Positions 8,574 through 18,032 of a stretch of 64,000 bases of DNA are shown piece by piece. Where the stretch lies: NCBI GenBank assembly GCA_965651905.1, contig CBFGUG010000014.1:39356-103355 (forward strand), in the 5' to 3' direction. Numbering within the stretch: the first letter of the stretch is position 1; each line of letters opens with the position of its first letter. Under the pieces are notes generated by a model that was not told the origin of the DNA, made no database searches, and was given only the letters and a program-made list of their open reading frames with translations. The translations under genes were made by a program, and so were the position numbers. This stretch comes from an uncultured bacterium (lineage in GTDB: Bacteria > Myxococcota_A > Polyangia > Polyangiales > Polyangiaceae).

Positions 8574-9896
8574 CTAGGGTAAACCGGCATCACGAAGCGG
8601 CGCGTCCGAGACCCTGCAATCCAGCAGGCCGAAGTCGACGCCCTTACCACGCGGCTGAGCGATCAACAGAGCGCCACCTTTAGCCCCAAGAACGGCCGCG
8701 TTTTCCACCGCCGAGTCGGCCCGCAACACTTCGAGCGGACCCCCGAATGGCGAGAGGCCTGCGAACGTGGTGCGACCCGAGGCGCTGGCCAGCACCAGCC
8801 AGCCGTGGGGCGCGCCAGAGCCCGGGCTCGTATCGAACAACAGACTCGGCGCGCTGGCGCCCAAGTCTGGCGTATCGAGGTTTTGCGGGTCCGGGGACCC
8901 GTCCGGGCCGACGCGGATGATACTGACGGTAGCGTCATCCAACACAGCGGCGTTCGCGTCGTCGCGAACGGCAAACAACACGCTCCCGTCGTGAGCTGAC
9001 ACCGCGTCGTAGGCAACGACGTGACCTGTTTCGGAAGTCACTCGTAGTGGAGATGAAGTGACGTGCCCGCGTTCATCCAGCTTGACGAGTTCGATCCAGC
9101 TCCGCGTCGGGAGCAAGGGTGCGTCTACTCCCGCGTCCGCAGGCGACGCCTCGGTCTCTCCCAACGCAAGCCACGTGAGCCAAAACCCTCCCGGGCGCGC
9201 GAGCACCCGCGGCGCCTCCACGTCGTGTCCCGCTGGACTGACGCGAACGGCCGTTGCAGGCTCGTTCAGCGCATCCAGCTGAAACGAAGCCAGGCGGATC
9301 ATGCCTTCGCCTTTTTGCCGATCCCAGTCGTCCCAAACGAGCAGACCACCACGGCCACTGAGCAACACATCGAAGGCGGGTGACTCGTCTCCAAATTCGT
9401 CGAGTTCCGAGAACCACTCGACGGCACTCGCCGAGACGAGACCCAAACGGTATTGCCCGCCACTGGCGTCGCGTTCGGCCAACGCGACGACAACCGCGCC
9501 GTCGTCCGTGGCGACCTTCGGGGGCGCGACGTCGGCGTGCACGAGCGCAAGCTCCAGCACCTCTGCGGCCAGTGTAGCGGCGTCCAAACGCACGAGGGAC
9601 GCAGAGACGCGGTCGGCCGCGCCACTGAGAACGGGAACCACGAACTGCGAAGCTGATTGCGCGGCGCGCCCCAGCTGGACACCGAAAACCGCGTCCCCCA
9701 ACTCTGGCCCAGTACCAGCGCTCGACGTCCCGTCGAGGCGATAGCTGACCGCACGGGCGCTGCAACGGGGTGCGGCAACGGGGTGTTTCGACTCCCGTGG
9801 TGGCTCCGCAGGCTCAGCATCACAGCGGCAGCTCGCGCATACCAGTGTGCAACCTGCGAGCACCAGCTGCTCCATCGTCGTCTTGCTGAGCCTCAT
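8574..9896 (-). CDS. Lipoprotein, function unknown (beta-rich)
   Basis: The internal ATG at 9896 gives MRLSKTTMEQLVLAGCTLVCASC, a signal with a Cys-containing lipobox-like end. The longer 545-aa track ORF would run into the plsB upstream region. Confidence 0.55.
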   Translation of the reverse strand: MRLSKTTMEQLVLAGCTLVCASCRCDAEPAEPPRESKHPVAAPRCSARAVSYRLDGTSSAGTGPELGDAVFGVQLGRAAQSASQFVVPVLSGAADRVSASLVRLDAATLAAEVLELALVHADVAPPKVATDDGAVVVALAERDASGGQYRLGLVSASAVEWFSELDEFGDESPAFDVLLSGRGGLLVWDDWDRQKGEGMIRLASFQLDALNEPATAVRVSPAGHDVEAPRVLARPGGFWLTWLALGETEASPADAGVDAPLLPTRSWIELVKLDERGHVTSSPLRVTSETGHVVAYDAVSAHDGSVLFAVRDDANAAVLDDATVSIIRVGPDGSPDPQNLDTPDLGASAPSLLFDTSPGSGAPHGWLVLASASGRTTFAGLSPFGGPLEVLRADSAVENAAVLGAKGGALLIAQPRGKGVDFGLLDCRVSDAPLRDAGLP

Positions 9897-10053
9897 GCCT
9901 CGCTTTGAGCAGATCCGCGAAGGCGCGAAAAGGGAAAAACGTGTGCCGTCCCGCGCCCGAACTCGTGTGGTTTGCATCGCTGCGAAAGACTTTTCCGACT
10001 GCGGCTGGGTCGCCGCTCGGCTCGATCCGGATCGTCCGCACCACCGAGGATCT

Positions 10054-12711
10054 ATGCTAGCAGTGGCACCCGACCCGCTCATGTCCCCGTTGCCGACCTG
10101 GCCCGCACAGCCCAACAGCGTGCTCAACACCCTGACCAGTAGCTTCTTCGACCGCATCATCGTGGACGAACGCTGGATCTCTGCCGTGCGAGCACACGCC
10201 GCAGAAGGCACGGTGGTGTACGTCCTGCGTAGCCTGAACTTCGTCGATTTCTTGGCGCTGGACCATCTGACGAAACGCTACCAATTGCCACGCGTGCGCT
10301 TCGTGAACGAGCTGGGCCTCGGGATGCTCGGTCGCCGCTGGTTTTCGTCAGCGCCGCGCGAAGCGAATGGCGACATGGCGGAACAACTGCGCGGCGCGCT
10401 GTCCACCAGCGACGGCTCCGCGGTACTGTTTTTGCGGCGCCCCCCAAAGGTCTGGGACGTGGCAGCGGGGAGCGCTTCAGGAATGCGTTCACTGCGCAAG
10501 GGTGACGAACTGCTGACCGCGTTGATTCAGTTGCAACGCGACAGCCAGCGCCCGATCCTGCTCGTGCCGCAGGTGTTTGTCTGGACCAAGTTACCAGACA
10601 CCCGGGGCACGCGTCCTCTCGACTTGTTGCTCGGGCCCCGCGAGTGGCCTAGCGCCGCGCGAGTAGCGGGCCAGTTCCTCAGCAACTACCGCAACGTCAG
10701 TTTGCGAGCGGGGCAGCCCATCAACCTCCAGCAATTCCTCGGTGAGTTTGGCGCACTGTCCGACACGGCGATGCGCAACAAGCTAGTCTTCACCATGTTG
10801 CGCCGATTGGAGCGCGAACGCCGCGGCGTGACGGGCCCTGTGGGTAAAGCTCCCGATCGCGTGCGCCGTGAAATCTTGCGCAGCAAGCGCTTCCAAAACG
10901 TGCTCGACAAGCTGACGTCGTCGCCTGAAGAGCGTCGTGAAGCACTGGCCAACGCCGACCAAATGCTCAGCCAGATGCAGGCGCTGCCCGACGGCACGAC
11001 ACGTCGCGTGCTCGACATCGTGCTCGGCAAGGTCTTCGAGCGCATCTATCACGGGCTCGACGTCGACCAAGCGGGCATCGAGCGATTACGTGAGCTAGCG
11101 CGTCATGGCACGTTCGTTCTGCTCCCGAGCCACAAGAGCCACATCGACTACTTGGTGGTTTCGTATGTCTTCTACAAGGCGAACCTGCCGTTGCCGCTGA
11201 TCGTTGCGGGCGACAACCTATCGTTCTTCCCGATGGGCGGCATCTTCCGTCGCGGCGGCGCGTTCTTCATTCGTCGCTCATTTCGTGGTGACCGCTTGTA
11301 CGCCGCGCTCGTCGACGCCTACGTTCGGCGGCAAATCAAAGACGGCTTTGCGATCGAGCTGTTCCTGGAGGGCATGCGCAGTCGTACGGGCAAATTGCTG
11401 AACCCGAAGTTCGGGCTGCTGAGCATGATCGTATCCGCCGTCGTCGGGCAAGACTCTCGCCCGGTGTTTTTCATTCCGATCAGCATCGGCTACGAGCGCA
11501 TCGTCGAGACCGAGTCGTTCAGTCACGAGGTCAGTGGCGGCGAAAAGGTAATGGAGGACGCTGCGGGATTGCTCAGCGCCACCGAGGTTTTGCGACATCG
11601 GTACGGTCGCATCAACTTGCAGTTCGGACAGGAGCAAACCCTGGCGGGTGTCGCGAGTGAACTCGGATACCCTGACGCTCGTTCGCTGTCGCCCAAACAG
11701 ACACGCGCCCTCGTGGTGCGCCTCGGGAACACCGTGCTCGACGAGATCAACCGCGTCACGGCTGTCACGCCCGGCGCGCTGACTGCGCTCGCGCTGCTCA
11801 GCCACCATCGACGCGGCATCACCCACGACAAACTCCTGGCTCATTGCACGAGATTACTCGCGACCCTCACCCGCGAGGGCGCGCGCACGGCTCCCACTTT
11901 GATGACCGACGCCGGAGTGCTGCGGCGCGAGGCCATCCGTGAAGCCGCACAAATGTTCGTCGACGCCGCCATGGTCGAGGTTCATACCGTGGCGGAGCTG
12001 GCACCTCGCGCCGAACGACGCGGACGGCCGCGCGCCGGGGTCGGCGCCATCTACACTCTCGTCAGCAACAAGCGTCTCGAACTCGACACCTCGAAGAACA
12101 TCATCATCCACTTTTTCGTGGCACGCGCATTGGTCGCCACCAGCGTGCTCAGCACCACCGCGGGGTCCTGCAGTGAGACCGAGCTGCGCTCGGAGATCCA
12201 GCAATTGGCCACTCTGTTGAGATACGAGTTCAGATTTGGCGATGCCAACGGCTTCGACGAAGCGATCAGTGACATACTCGGTACGATGATCGAGCAGGGT
12301 GAACTCGAACGCACGGACACGTCGAGTCTCAGACCGGGCCCCGGGCGGGACGGCTACAGTGGGCACAAGTGGCTACTCGTGTACGCCGCGATGATTCGCA
12401 ACTTCATCGAGAGTTATCGCATCTTCGTGCGCTCGCTGCGTACGCTGCTCAGCAGCTCGATGACCGAGAAAGAGCTCTTGAAGAACGCCCTGGCTACGGG
12501 CAGTCGCATGTACCTAGCTGGCGAGGTCGAACGCCCAGAAGCCGTCAGCAAGCCGACCTTTCAGAACGCGATCACATCGTTCACCGACCAACGCGTCTTA
12601 CGCATCAGCCGCGACCAAGTGCGCCTGAGTGATGAACACGCCAGCGAGGCTGCTCTCGACGAAATCGAGGCCAAGGTGGCCACCTACCTGGAACGAGAGG
12701 CTGCCTTGTGA
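10054..12711 (+). CDS. plsB: Glycerol-3-phosphate acyltransferase
   Basis: About 885 aa from the ATG at 10054. It has the acyltransferase HX4D motif LPSHKSHIDYL, FFIRRSF, and GMRSRTGKLL, and its length is typical of PlsB. Confidence 0.85.
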   Translation: MLAVAPDPLMSPLPTWPAQPNSVLNTLTSSFFDRIIVDERWISAVRAHAAEGTVVYVLRSLNFVDFLALDHLTKRYQLPRVRFVNELGLGMLGRRWFSSAPREANGDMAEQLRGALSTSDGSAVLFLRRPPKVWDVAAGSASGMRSLRKGDELLTALIQLQRDSQRPILLVPQVFVWTKLPDTRGTRPLDLLLGPREWPSAARVAGQFLSNYRNVSLRAGQPINLQQFLGEFGALSDTAMRNKLVFTMLRRLERERRGVTGPVGKAPDRVRREILRSKRFQNVLDKLTSSPEERREALANADQMLSQMQALPDGTTRRVLDIVLGKVFERIYHGLDVDQAGIERLRELARHGTFVLLPSHKSHIDYLVVSYVFYKANLPLPLIVAGDNLSFFPMGGIFRRGGAFFIRRSFRGDRLYAALVDAYVRRQIKDGFAIELFLEGMRSRTGKLLNPKFGLLSMIVSAVVGQDSRPVFFIPISIGYERIVETESFSHEVSGGEKVMEDAAGLLSATEVLRHRYGRINLQFGQEQTLAGVASELGYPDARSLSPKQTRALVVRLGNTVLDEINRVTAVTPGALTALALLSHHRRGITHDKLLAHCTRLLATLTREGARTAPTLMTDAGVLRREAIREAAQMFVDAAMVEVHTVAELAPRAERRGRPRAGVGAIYTLVSNKRLELDTSKNIIIHFFVARALVATSVLSTTAGSCSETELRSEIQQLATLLRYEFRFGDANGFDEAISDILGTMIEQGELERTDTSSLRPGPGRDGYSGHKWLLVYAAMIRNFIESYRIFVRSLRTLLSSSMTEKELLKNALATGSRMYLAGEVERPEAVSKPTFQNAITSFTDQRVLRISRDQVRLSDEHASEAALDEIEAKVATYLEREAAL

Positions 12712-13607
12712 GCGCACGAAGCCCGCGTCCCACGCCGTGCAACGGCGTCCGAAGCCTGCTGTTGGCTGGGGTCCTCGCGGTGCTTTGTGTGGCGTGTATG
12801 GGCACACCCACGCCGCTGGCACCGGGTTTTCGAGGTTCAGTCGGTCTTCCTCACGATGGGGTCCAGACTGACTCCGTGGAACTCGCCAAGGCTGGCAAGG
12901 GCTTCGTGCGCTATCGCCCCCATGGCAGCGCCTACTGGGGCCAGCCCGAACTGGTCGCCGCACTCGAGAGTGTCGCCGCCGACATGGACGACGACTTCGG
13001 CGGCCCACCCTTGGTGCTCGGCGATCTCTCCGCGCGAAACGGTGGCAAGATCCCGCGCCACAACAGTCACCGCAGCGGACGCGACGTGGATCTGCTGTGG
13101 TACGTGATGACGCCCGAGGGCGTGCCACGAAAGAACCCTGGCTTCATTCGAGTCGAAGGCGACGGTTTGGCGCGCGAGCGTGCGACGGGTCGCCTGTACC
13201 TGCTCGACATCCCGAGGCAGTGGGCGGTCGTCAAGAAACTGCTCGAGTCCGACCAAATCCACGTGCAGTGGATGTTTTGTAGCCGTTGGATCGAGGCGCT
13301 ACTGATCGACTACGCGCGCGCCCGCGGTGAAGAAGACGAACTGGTGTGGCGCGCGGAGTCCGTGATGCTGCAACCCAAAGACAGCCTGCCTCACGATGAC
13401 CACATCCACATGCGCATCAGCTGCACGCCCGAAACCAGTCTGACGGGCTGCGCGGGTGGAGGCCCCTACTGGGAGTGGGTTCCAGCGTTGCCCAGCGTCG
13501 AGCTCAACCTGCAGGACTTGCAGGAAATTGGGCAGCAAGACCCTCTCGTCGTAGAAACGGTCGAAGAGGTGGCGCTGCGTGACGTCGAAACCCCTGAGAC
13601 CGAGTGA
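12708..13607 (+). CDS. mepA: Penicillin-insensitive murein endopeptidase (peptidase M74)
   Basis: Signal/lipobox LAVLCVACMG; metal-binding motifs HNSHRSGRDVDL and HDDHIHMRISC characteristic of MepA. The GTG start overlaps the plsB stop (GTGA, 12708-12711). Confidence 0.8.
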   Translation: MSARSPRPTPCNGVRSLLLAGVLAVLCVACMGTPTPLAPGFRGSVGLPHDGVQTDSVELAKAGKGFVRYRPHGSAYWGQPELVAALESVAADMDDDFGGPPLVLGDLSARNGGKIPRHNSHRSGRDVDLLWYVMTPEGVPRKNPGFIRVEGDGLARERATGRLYLLDIPRQWAVVKKLLESDQIHVQWMFCSRWIEALLIDYARARGEEDELVWRAESVMLQPKDSLPHDDHIHMRISCTPETSLTGCAGGGPYWEWVPALPSVELNLQDLQEIGQQDPLVVETVEEVALRDVETPETE

Positions 13608-14565
13608 CCCCGAACTGAGCGACCACAGCCTGAGTATCCCCAAGCTCGGCAAGCTCAGGAAGACCGATCCCAGGCAGCGCATTTCGAACGGTGATTGTCT
13701 CGAGCGCGTCCCTGAACTGGTGCGGCGTTTTGGGTCTGCGCAACTGATCTACGTCGACCCCCCATTCAACGCGGGTGGGCTGCGCAAAGCCAGGCAAGAC
13801 AAGGGACACCGAGCGGAGGGCACGGACGCCTACGTCGACTTCTGGGGAGGTCTGGACGGCTTCATGGAAATGATCCGCCCACGTCTGGAAGTCTTGCGCG
13901 ATGCCTTGGCCGCAGACGGCAGCTTGTGGCTCCAGCTCGATCACCGCGCCATCCACGACGTCAAGGTCGCGCTCGACGACGTGTTCGGACGCGCAGCGTT
14001 CATGGGCGAGATCATCTGGGTGCCTGGCAACGGTGGTAAGCGCCGCAGTGGTCCGAGCGTCACGCACCAGACGATCCTGATCTACAAGAAGGGCAAGCGG
14101 ATGATCTGGAATGGTGACGACCCTTGCCTGCGCGAGCCGTTCGCCGAGACGAGCCTGAAGATGCACTTTCAGCAACGGGATGGTGACGGGCGGCGCTATC
14201 GCGAGCGCGTCGTCAATGGCCGCAGCTATCGCTATTACGCAGACGAGGGACGCCGTATCGGTAGTGTTTGGACGGACTGCCCCGCAATGACCGCCAACAC
14301 GCCGCTGACCGACGAGACCACGGGGTACCCGACGCAAAAGCCCGAGAGCCTACTCGAACGCATCGTGCGAGCTGCGAGCCACGAGGGCGAGACGGTGCTC
14401 GACCCGATGTGCGGCTCGGGGACGACACTGGCCGTGGCCGCCCGCCTCGGTCGGCGTCTCATGGGTTGTGACAAGAGTGAACTCGCGTGTCGCATCAGCC
14501 GCGAGCGAGTGTTCAAGGCCATCGCCGAACGCCCCTCGAACGTGACAAGATCCACAGGGTCATGA
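13579..14565 (+). CDS. Beta-class (N6-adenine or N4-cytosine) DNA methyltransferase; orphan, with no adjacent endonuclease
   Basis: Motif [11 protein letters not shown] precedes [16 protein letters not shown] and motif [16 protein letters not shown], the permuted order of beta-class amino-MTases. The GTG start at 13579 overlaps mepA by 29 nt, and the stop overlaps the next start (ATGA, 14562-14565). Confidence 0.85.
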   Translation: MTSKPLRPSDPELSDHSLSIPKLGKLRKTDPRQRISNGDCLERVPELVRRFGSAQLIYVDPPFNAGGLRKARQDKGHRAEGTDAYVDFWGGLDGFMEMIRPRLEVLRDALAADGSLWLQLDHRAIHDVKVALDDVFGRAAFMGEIIWVPGNGGKRRSGPSVTHQTILIYKKGKRMIWNGDDPCLREPFAETSLKMHFQQRDGDGRRYRERVVNGRSYRYYADEGRRIGSVWTDCPAMTANTPLTDETTGYPTQKPESLLERIVRAASHEGETVLDPMCGSGTTLAVAARLGRRLMGCDKSELACRISRERVFKAIAERPSNVTRSTGS

Positions 14566-15704
14566 TCGATTTCAGCCTGAGTGACGAACAACGAGCGCTG
14601 ATGAGCGAAGCGCGACGCTTCGCCGAGGAGCGCATCATCCCCGTAGCCGCCGAAGCCGATCGGGAAGCGAAGTTTCCCGAAGCCATATTCGACGAAGCTT
14701 GGGACTTGGGCTTCGTGAACGTAACGGTCCCCGAAGAGTATGGCGGCGCAGGCCTCAGTCACTTGGACCACGCGTTGCTCGCGGAATGTCTATCCTTCGG
14801 CTGCGTCGGTATCCAAACCAGTCTATCTGGCAACATCCTGGCGCTGACGCCGATCAAGTTGGCGGGCAGCGAAGAGCAGAAGAAGCGCTACCTAGGGCGG
14901 TTGACGAGCGAACGCATCCTGGCGAGCTACGCGACGAGTGAACCCAGCGCTGGTAGCGACGTCGCCGCGATGAAAACACGCTTCGTCAAACGCGGGAACG
15001 ACTATGTGCTCAACGGCGAGAAATGCTGGATCACCAACGCAACTCGCGCGTCCTTTTTCATCATTTTCGCGACCAGTGACACCTCCAAGCGCCACGAGGG
15101 AATCGCTGCGTTCATCGTGGACCGCGACACCGATGGGCTCTCCGTGGGTAAACACGAAGACAAGCTGGGTCAGCGCGCGAGTGACACGGCAACCGTGTCA
15201 CTGCAAGACGTCGTCGTCCCTGCTGCCAACCTGCTTGCCCCCGAAGGCCAGGGTTTCAAGCTGGCCATGGAGACGTTCAACGTCACGCGACCGGACATTG
15301 CTGCGCTAGCCACTGGCTTGATGCAACGCTGTTTGGAGGAGTCCGTGCGTTACGCCACGGAGCGCAAAGCGTTCGGTGTACCCATCGGACAGCACCAAAT
15401 GGTGCAGGCGATGATCGCGGACATGGCGATTCGAACCGAGGCGACTCGTTGGCTGTATCGTAAGGCTGCCTGGAACCTTGACCAGGGCATTCGCGAACCC
15501 ATCGCTTCAGCCTACGCCAAGGCGTTTGGCGCAGACTCTGCCATGCAGTCGGCGATCGACGCGGTTCAGATCTTCGGCGGCAACGGCTACGTGCGGGACT
15601 ACCCCGTCGAGAAACTGATGCGCGACGCCAAACTGCTACAAATCTACGAGGGGACGAGTCAGATCCAGCGTGTCGTGATCGCGCGATCGCTCATGCAACA
15701 GTAA
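14562..15704 (+). CDS. Acyl-CoA dehydrogenase
   Basis: From the ATG at 14562 ([13 protein letters not shown]...) the protein is ~380 aa. It has [23 protein letters not shown], and the C-terminal QIFGGNGY...[10 protein letters not shown] motifs typical of ACADs. Confidence 0.9.
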   Translation: MIDFSLSDEQRALMSEARRFAEERIIPVAAEADREAKFPEAIFDEAWDLGFVNVTVPEEYGGAGLSHLDHALLAECLSFGCVGIQTSLSGNILALTPIKLAGSEEQKKRYLGRLTSERILASYATSEPSAGSDVAAMKTRFVKRGNDYVLNGEKCWITNATRASFFIIFATSDTSKRHEGIAAFIVDRDTDGLSVGKHEDKLGQRASDTATVSLQDVVVPAANLLAPEGQGFKLAMETFNVTRPDIAALATGLMQRCLEESVRYATERKAFGVPIGQHQMVQAMIADMAIRTEATRWLYRKAAWNLDQGIREPIASAYAKAFGADSAMQSAIDAVQIFGGNGYVRDYPVEKLMRDAKLLQIYEGTSQIQRVVIARSLMQQ

Positions 15705-17762
15705 TCATCCCCGTGAGGACTTGGGGCGCCAACCTTCGGCGATCTCAGCCAGGCGTTCGAGCGCCTGCGGGTTTCTCAACGTTCCCTGGTTGGCAACTTC
15801 CGACAGGGGCTTGCCTTCGAGCAGGCGTTTGACGGGTAGTTCCAGCTTCTTCCCGCTGAGAGTATAGGGAACCTCTTCGATTGCTACGATCTCGTCAGGC
15901 ACGTGGCGAGGCGACAACTGCTCGCGTATCAGCTGTTTCACGTCGGCGGCGAACACCGCCCAACGCTTGTCGGCGCTCGAATCCGCGACGGCGTCGAGTG
16001 TAGCTTGGTCCCCCAGCAGCTTCGGGTCGACGACGACGAACAACCACAGACGGCTTCGTTCACCCGACGCAGCATCTACCACGAGACAGTCCCTGACCTC
16101 GGGGAGTCGTTCGATGACTCCGTAAAACTCCGACGTGCCCATGCGAACGCCGCCACGATTGAGCGTAGCATCCGAGCGCCCGCTGATGACTGCTCCGCCG
16201 TCCGCGTATTGGCAAAGCCAGTCTCCATGTCGCCACACGCCAGGGTACGACTCGAAGTAGCTGGCTCGGTAGCGTTCACCTGTCGGATCCCCCCAGAAGC
16301 TCACTGGCATGGAGGGCATGGGCAACGTGATCACCAGCTCCCCCACCGAGTCCGTCACTCGCTGCCCGGTCTCGTCGAACGCTTCTACGGCAGCCCCGAG
16401 GCCCGAACATTGCAGCTCGCCCGCTCGAACGGGCAGCCACGGGCAGCTGAGCACGAACGCCGTACACAAGTCCGTGCCGCCAGAAACCGACGCCAGGTGA
16501 ACGTGCGTGCCTACGTGCTCGTACACCCACTCGAACCCTTCGATGGGTAGCGGCGCGCCAGTTGAACCGACCGCTCGCAACTGAGACAGGTCGGCGATAC
16601 TGGATGGAGACACTCTACGCGCCCGACAACTCATGATGTAGGGTGCACTCACGCCGAAGTAGCTGACGCGTTCTCGTTCAGCCATACGCCACAAAGCTCC
16701 CAAGTCCGGGTGGGCAGGACTGCCGTCGTAGAGCACGACGGTCGCTCCTACGAGCAAACCACCTATGAGGTAGTTCCACATCATCCAGCCCGTCGTCGAG
16801 TACCAGAAGAAGCGATCGCCTGGCCCCAAGTCACTGTGCAGAGCCAGCACCTTGTAGTGTTCGAGCAGAATGCCGCCGTGACCGTGCACGATGGCCTTCG
16901 GCTTACCCGTCGTGCCTGACGAGTAGAGAATCCAAAGCGGATGCTCGAACGGCACTCGGTCGAACTCCACTGGCGCCGCTTCCCCCTCGGCGCGACTGAG
17001 CACCTCGAACGTCTCGAGTCCGCTCGGGTCCCCGTCGGCGCCGACCTTCGAGACGTCGACATCTGGTCGGCTCCAGATGAACGTCTCCAAAGTCGGCAGC
17101 CCACTACGAATCCGCTCGACCTGCTGCCGACGATCCAACCACTTGCCGCCGTACTGGTACCCAGCACACGCGATCAGCACCTTGGGCTCGATCTGTTGGA
17201 AGCGGTCGAGCACGCTTTGCGCCCCGAACTCGGGTGGGCAGCTCGACCAGATCGCTCCCAGACTGGCGGTCGCCAGAAACGCGATGACGGCGGCGTCGGA
17301 GTTCGGCAACACAGCCACCACACGATCCCCTCGCCCCACGCCTCTTCCGCGCAACACTCGAGCGAACGCGGCAACTCGCCGACGCAGCTCCGAACGTTCG
17401 ATGGTGCAACGCGTCCCCGACTCATTGCAGCAGATGAGCGCTTCACCAGTTTCGACACGCAGCGCGTGTTCTGCGTAGTTGACGCGTGCCTGCGGGAACC
17501 AGGCCGCGCCAGGCATCTGACGACCGGGCAGCGCGGGCGCGACTGCGCCACTACTCACGATCTCGAAGTAGTCCCAAATCGCCTGCCAAAACGACTCGAG
17601 ATTCTCGGTGGACCAACGGTGCAACGCGACGTAGTCGGCTTCGGTACCGAGGGATGCTCCGCGCTCTCGCAGGAAATCACGAAAGCTGGATAGCCGGCAC
17701 CGGGCCACCTGCTCAGCGCTTGGTTGAAACAGAACTCTCCCACGACCGGCCACGCCTCCCAT
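15705..17762 (-). CDS. Acetoacetyl-CoA synthetase (acetoacetate-CoA ligase)
   Basis: N-terminal LFQPSAEQVARCRLSSFRDFL...ESFWQAIWDYF and the AMP-binding motif YSSGTTGKPKAIVH. The ATG at 17762 was chosen as start; the track ORF extends to 17843. Confidence 0.85.
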   Translation of the reverse strand: MGGVAGRGRVLFQPSAEQVARCRLSSFRDFLRERGASLGTEADYVALHRWSTENLESFWQAIWDYFEIVSSGAVAPALPGRQMPGAAWFPQARVNYAEHALRVETGEALICCNESGTRCTIERSELRRRVAAFARVLRGRGVGRGDRVVAVLPNSDAAVIAFLATASLGAIWSSCPPEFGAQSVLDRFQQIEPKVLIACAGYQYGGKWLDRRQQVERIRSGLPTLETFIWSRPDVDVSKVGADGDPSGLETFEVLSRAEGEAAPVEFDRVPFEHPLWILYSSGTTGKPKAIVHGHGGILLEHYKVLALHSDLGPGDRFFWYSTTGWMMWNYLIGGLLVGATVVLYDGSPAHPDLGALWRMAERERVSYFGVSAPYIMSCRARRVSPSSIADLSQLRAVGSTGAPLPIEGFEWVYEHVGTHVHLASVSGGTDLCTAFVLSCPWLPVRAGELQCSGLGAAVEAFDETGQRVTDSVGELVITLPMPSMPVSFWGDPTGERYRASYFESYPGVWRHGDWLCQYADGGAVISGRSDATLNRGGVRMGTSEFYGVIERLPEVRDCLVVDAASGERSRLWLFVVVDPKLLGDQATLDAVADSSADKRWAVFAADVKQLIREQLSPRHVPDEIVAIEEVPYTLSGKKLELPVKRLLEGKPLSEVANQGTLRNPQALERLAEIAEGWRPKSSRG

Positions 17763-18032
17763 GACTGGGAGTATACGCGCTGCGCGGGCTGTTGCAGGCG
17801 TCCACGCGCTGTCGAACGCGCCGCACCACTGTTGCGAAGGCACGAGAGCGCGCGGAGAGCAGGGCGTCTGACATTACGCCCGCGATCAAACCGCGGCCAA
17901 TCGCCGCCCGCTCGCGCTTCGCGCGGCTCTCGCGGTCACTGTACGTGCAACCGTGCAGTCTTAACACAACCTCGTGAGGGGGGTCAGCTGGCGCACTGGC
18001 TCAACCGCCGACGGCCGAGTAGAACCACGACA

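Noticed and set aside
9847-10211. Mutually overlapping N-terminal extensions of the plsB ORF (+) and the 8574 ORF (-).
   Set aside because: Both cannot be real. Internal ATGs at 10054 (plsB-like N-terminus) and 9896 (signal peptide) give sensible proteins and a normal divergent intergenic region.
13504-14337. A 277-aa ORF antisense to the methyltransferase gene, and similar long shadow ORFs (for example 138-608, 17961-18767, 21174-21980, 34899-35729, 52909-53559, 62784-63575).
   Set aside because: They lie opposite or out of frame to genes with clear family motifs. Their translations are Arg/Ala/Gly/Pro-rich with no recognisable motifs, as expected for open antisense frames in GC-rich DNA.
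13579-14565. The methyltransferase as part of a restriction-modification defence system.
   Set aside because: The flanking genes are mepA and an acyl-CoA dehydrogenase, with overlapping junctions. No nuclease, specificity-subunit or helicase ORF is nearby.
17724-18032. A 103-codon N-terminal extension of the 18033-19403 lipoprotein ORF that overlaps the divergent acetoacetyl-CoA synthetase start.
   Set aside because: The extension is Arg-rich and featureless. A textbook signal peptide with a lipobox begins at the internal ATG at 18033.
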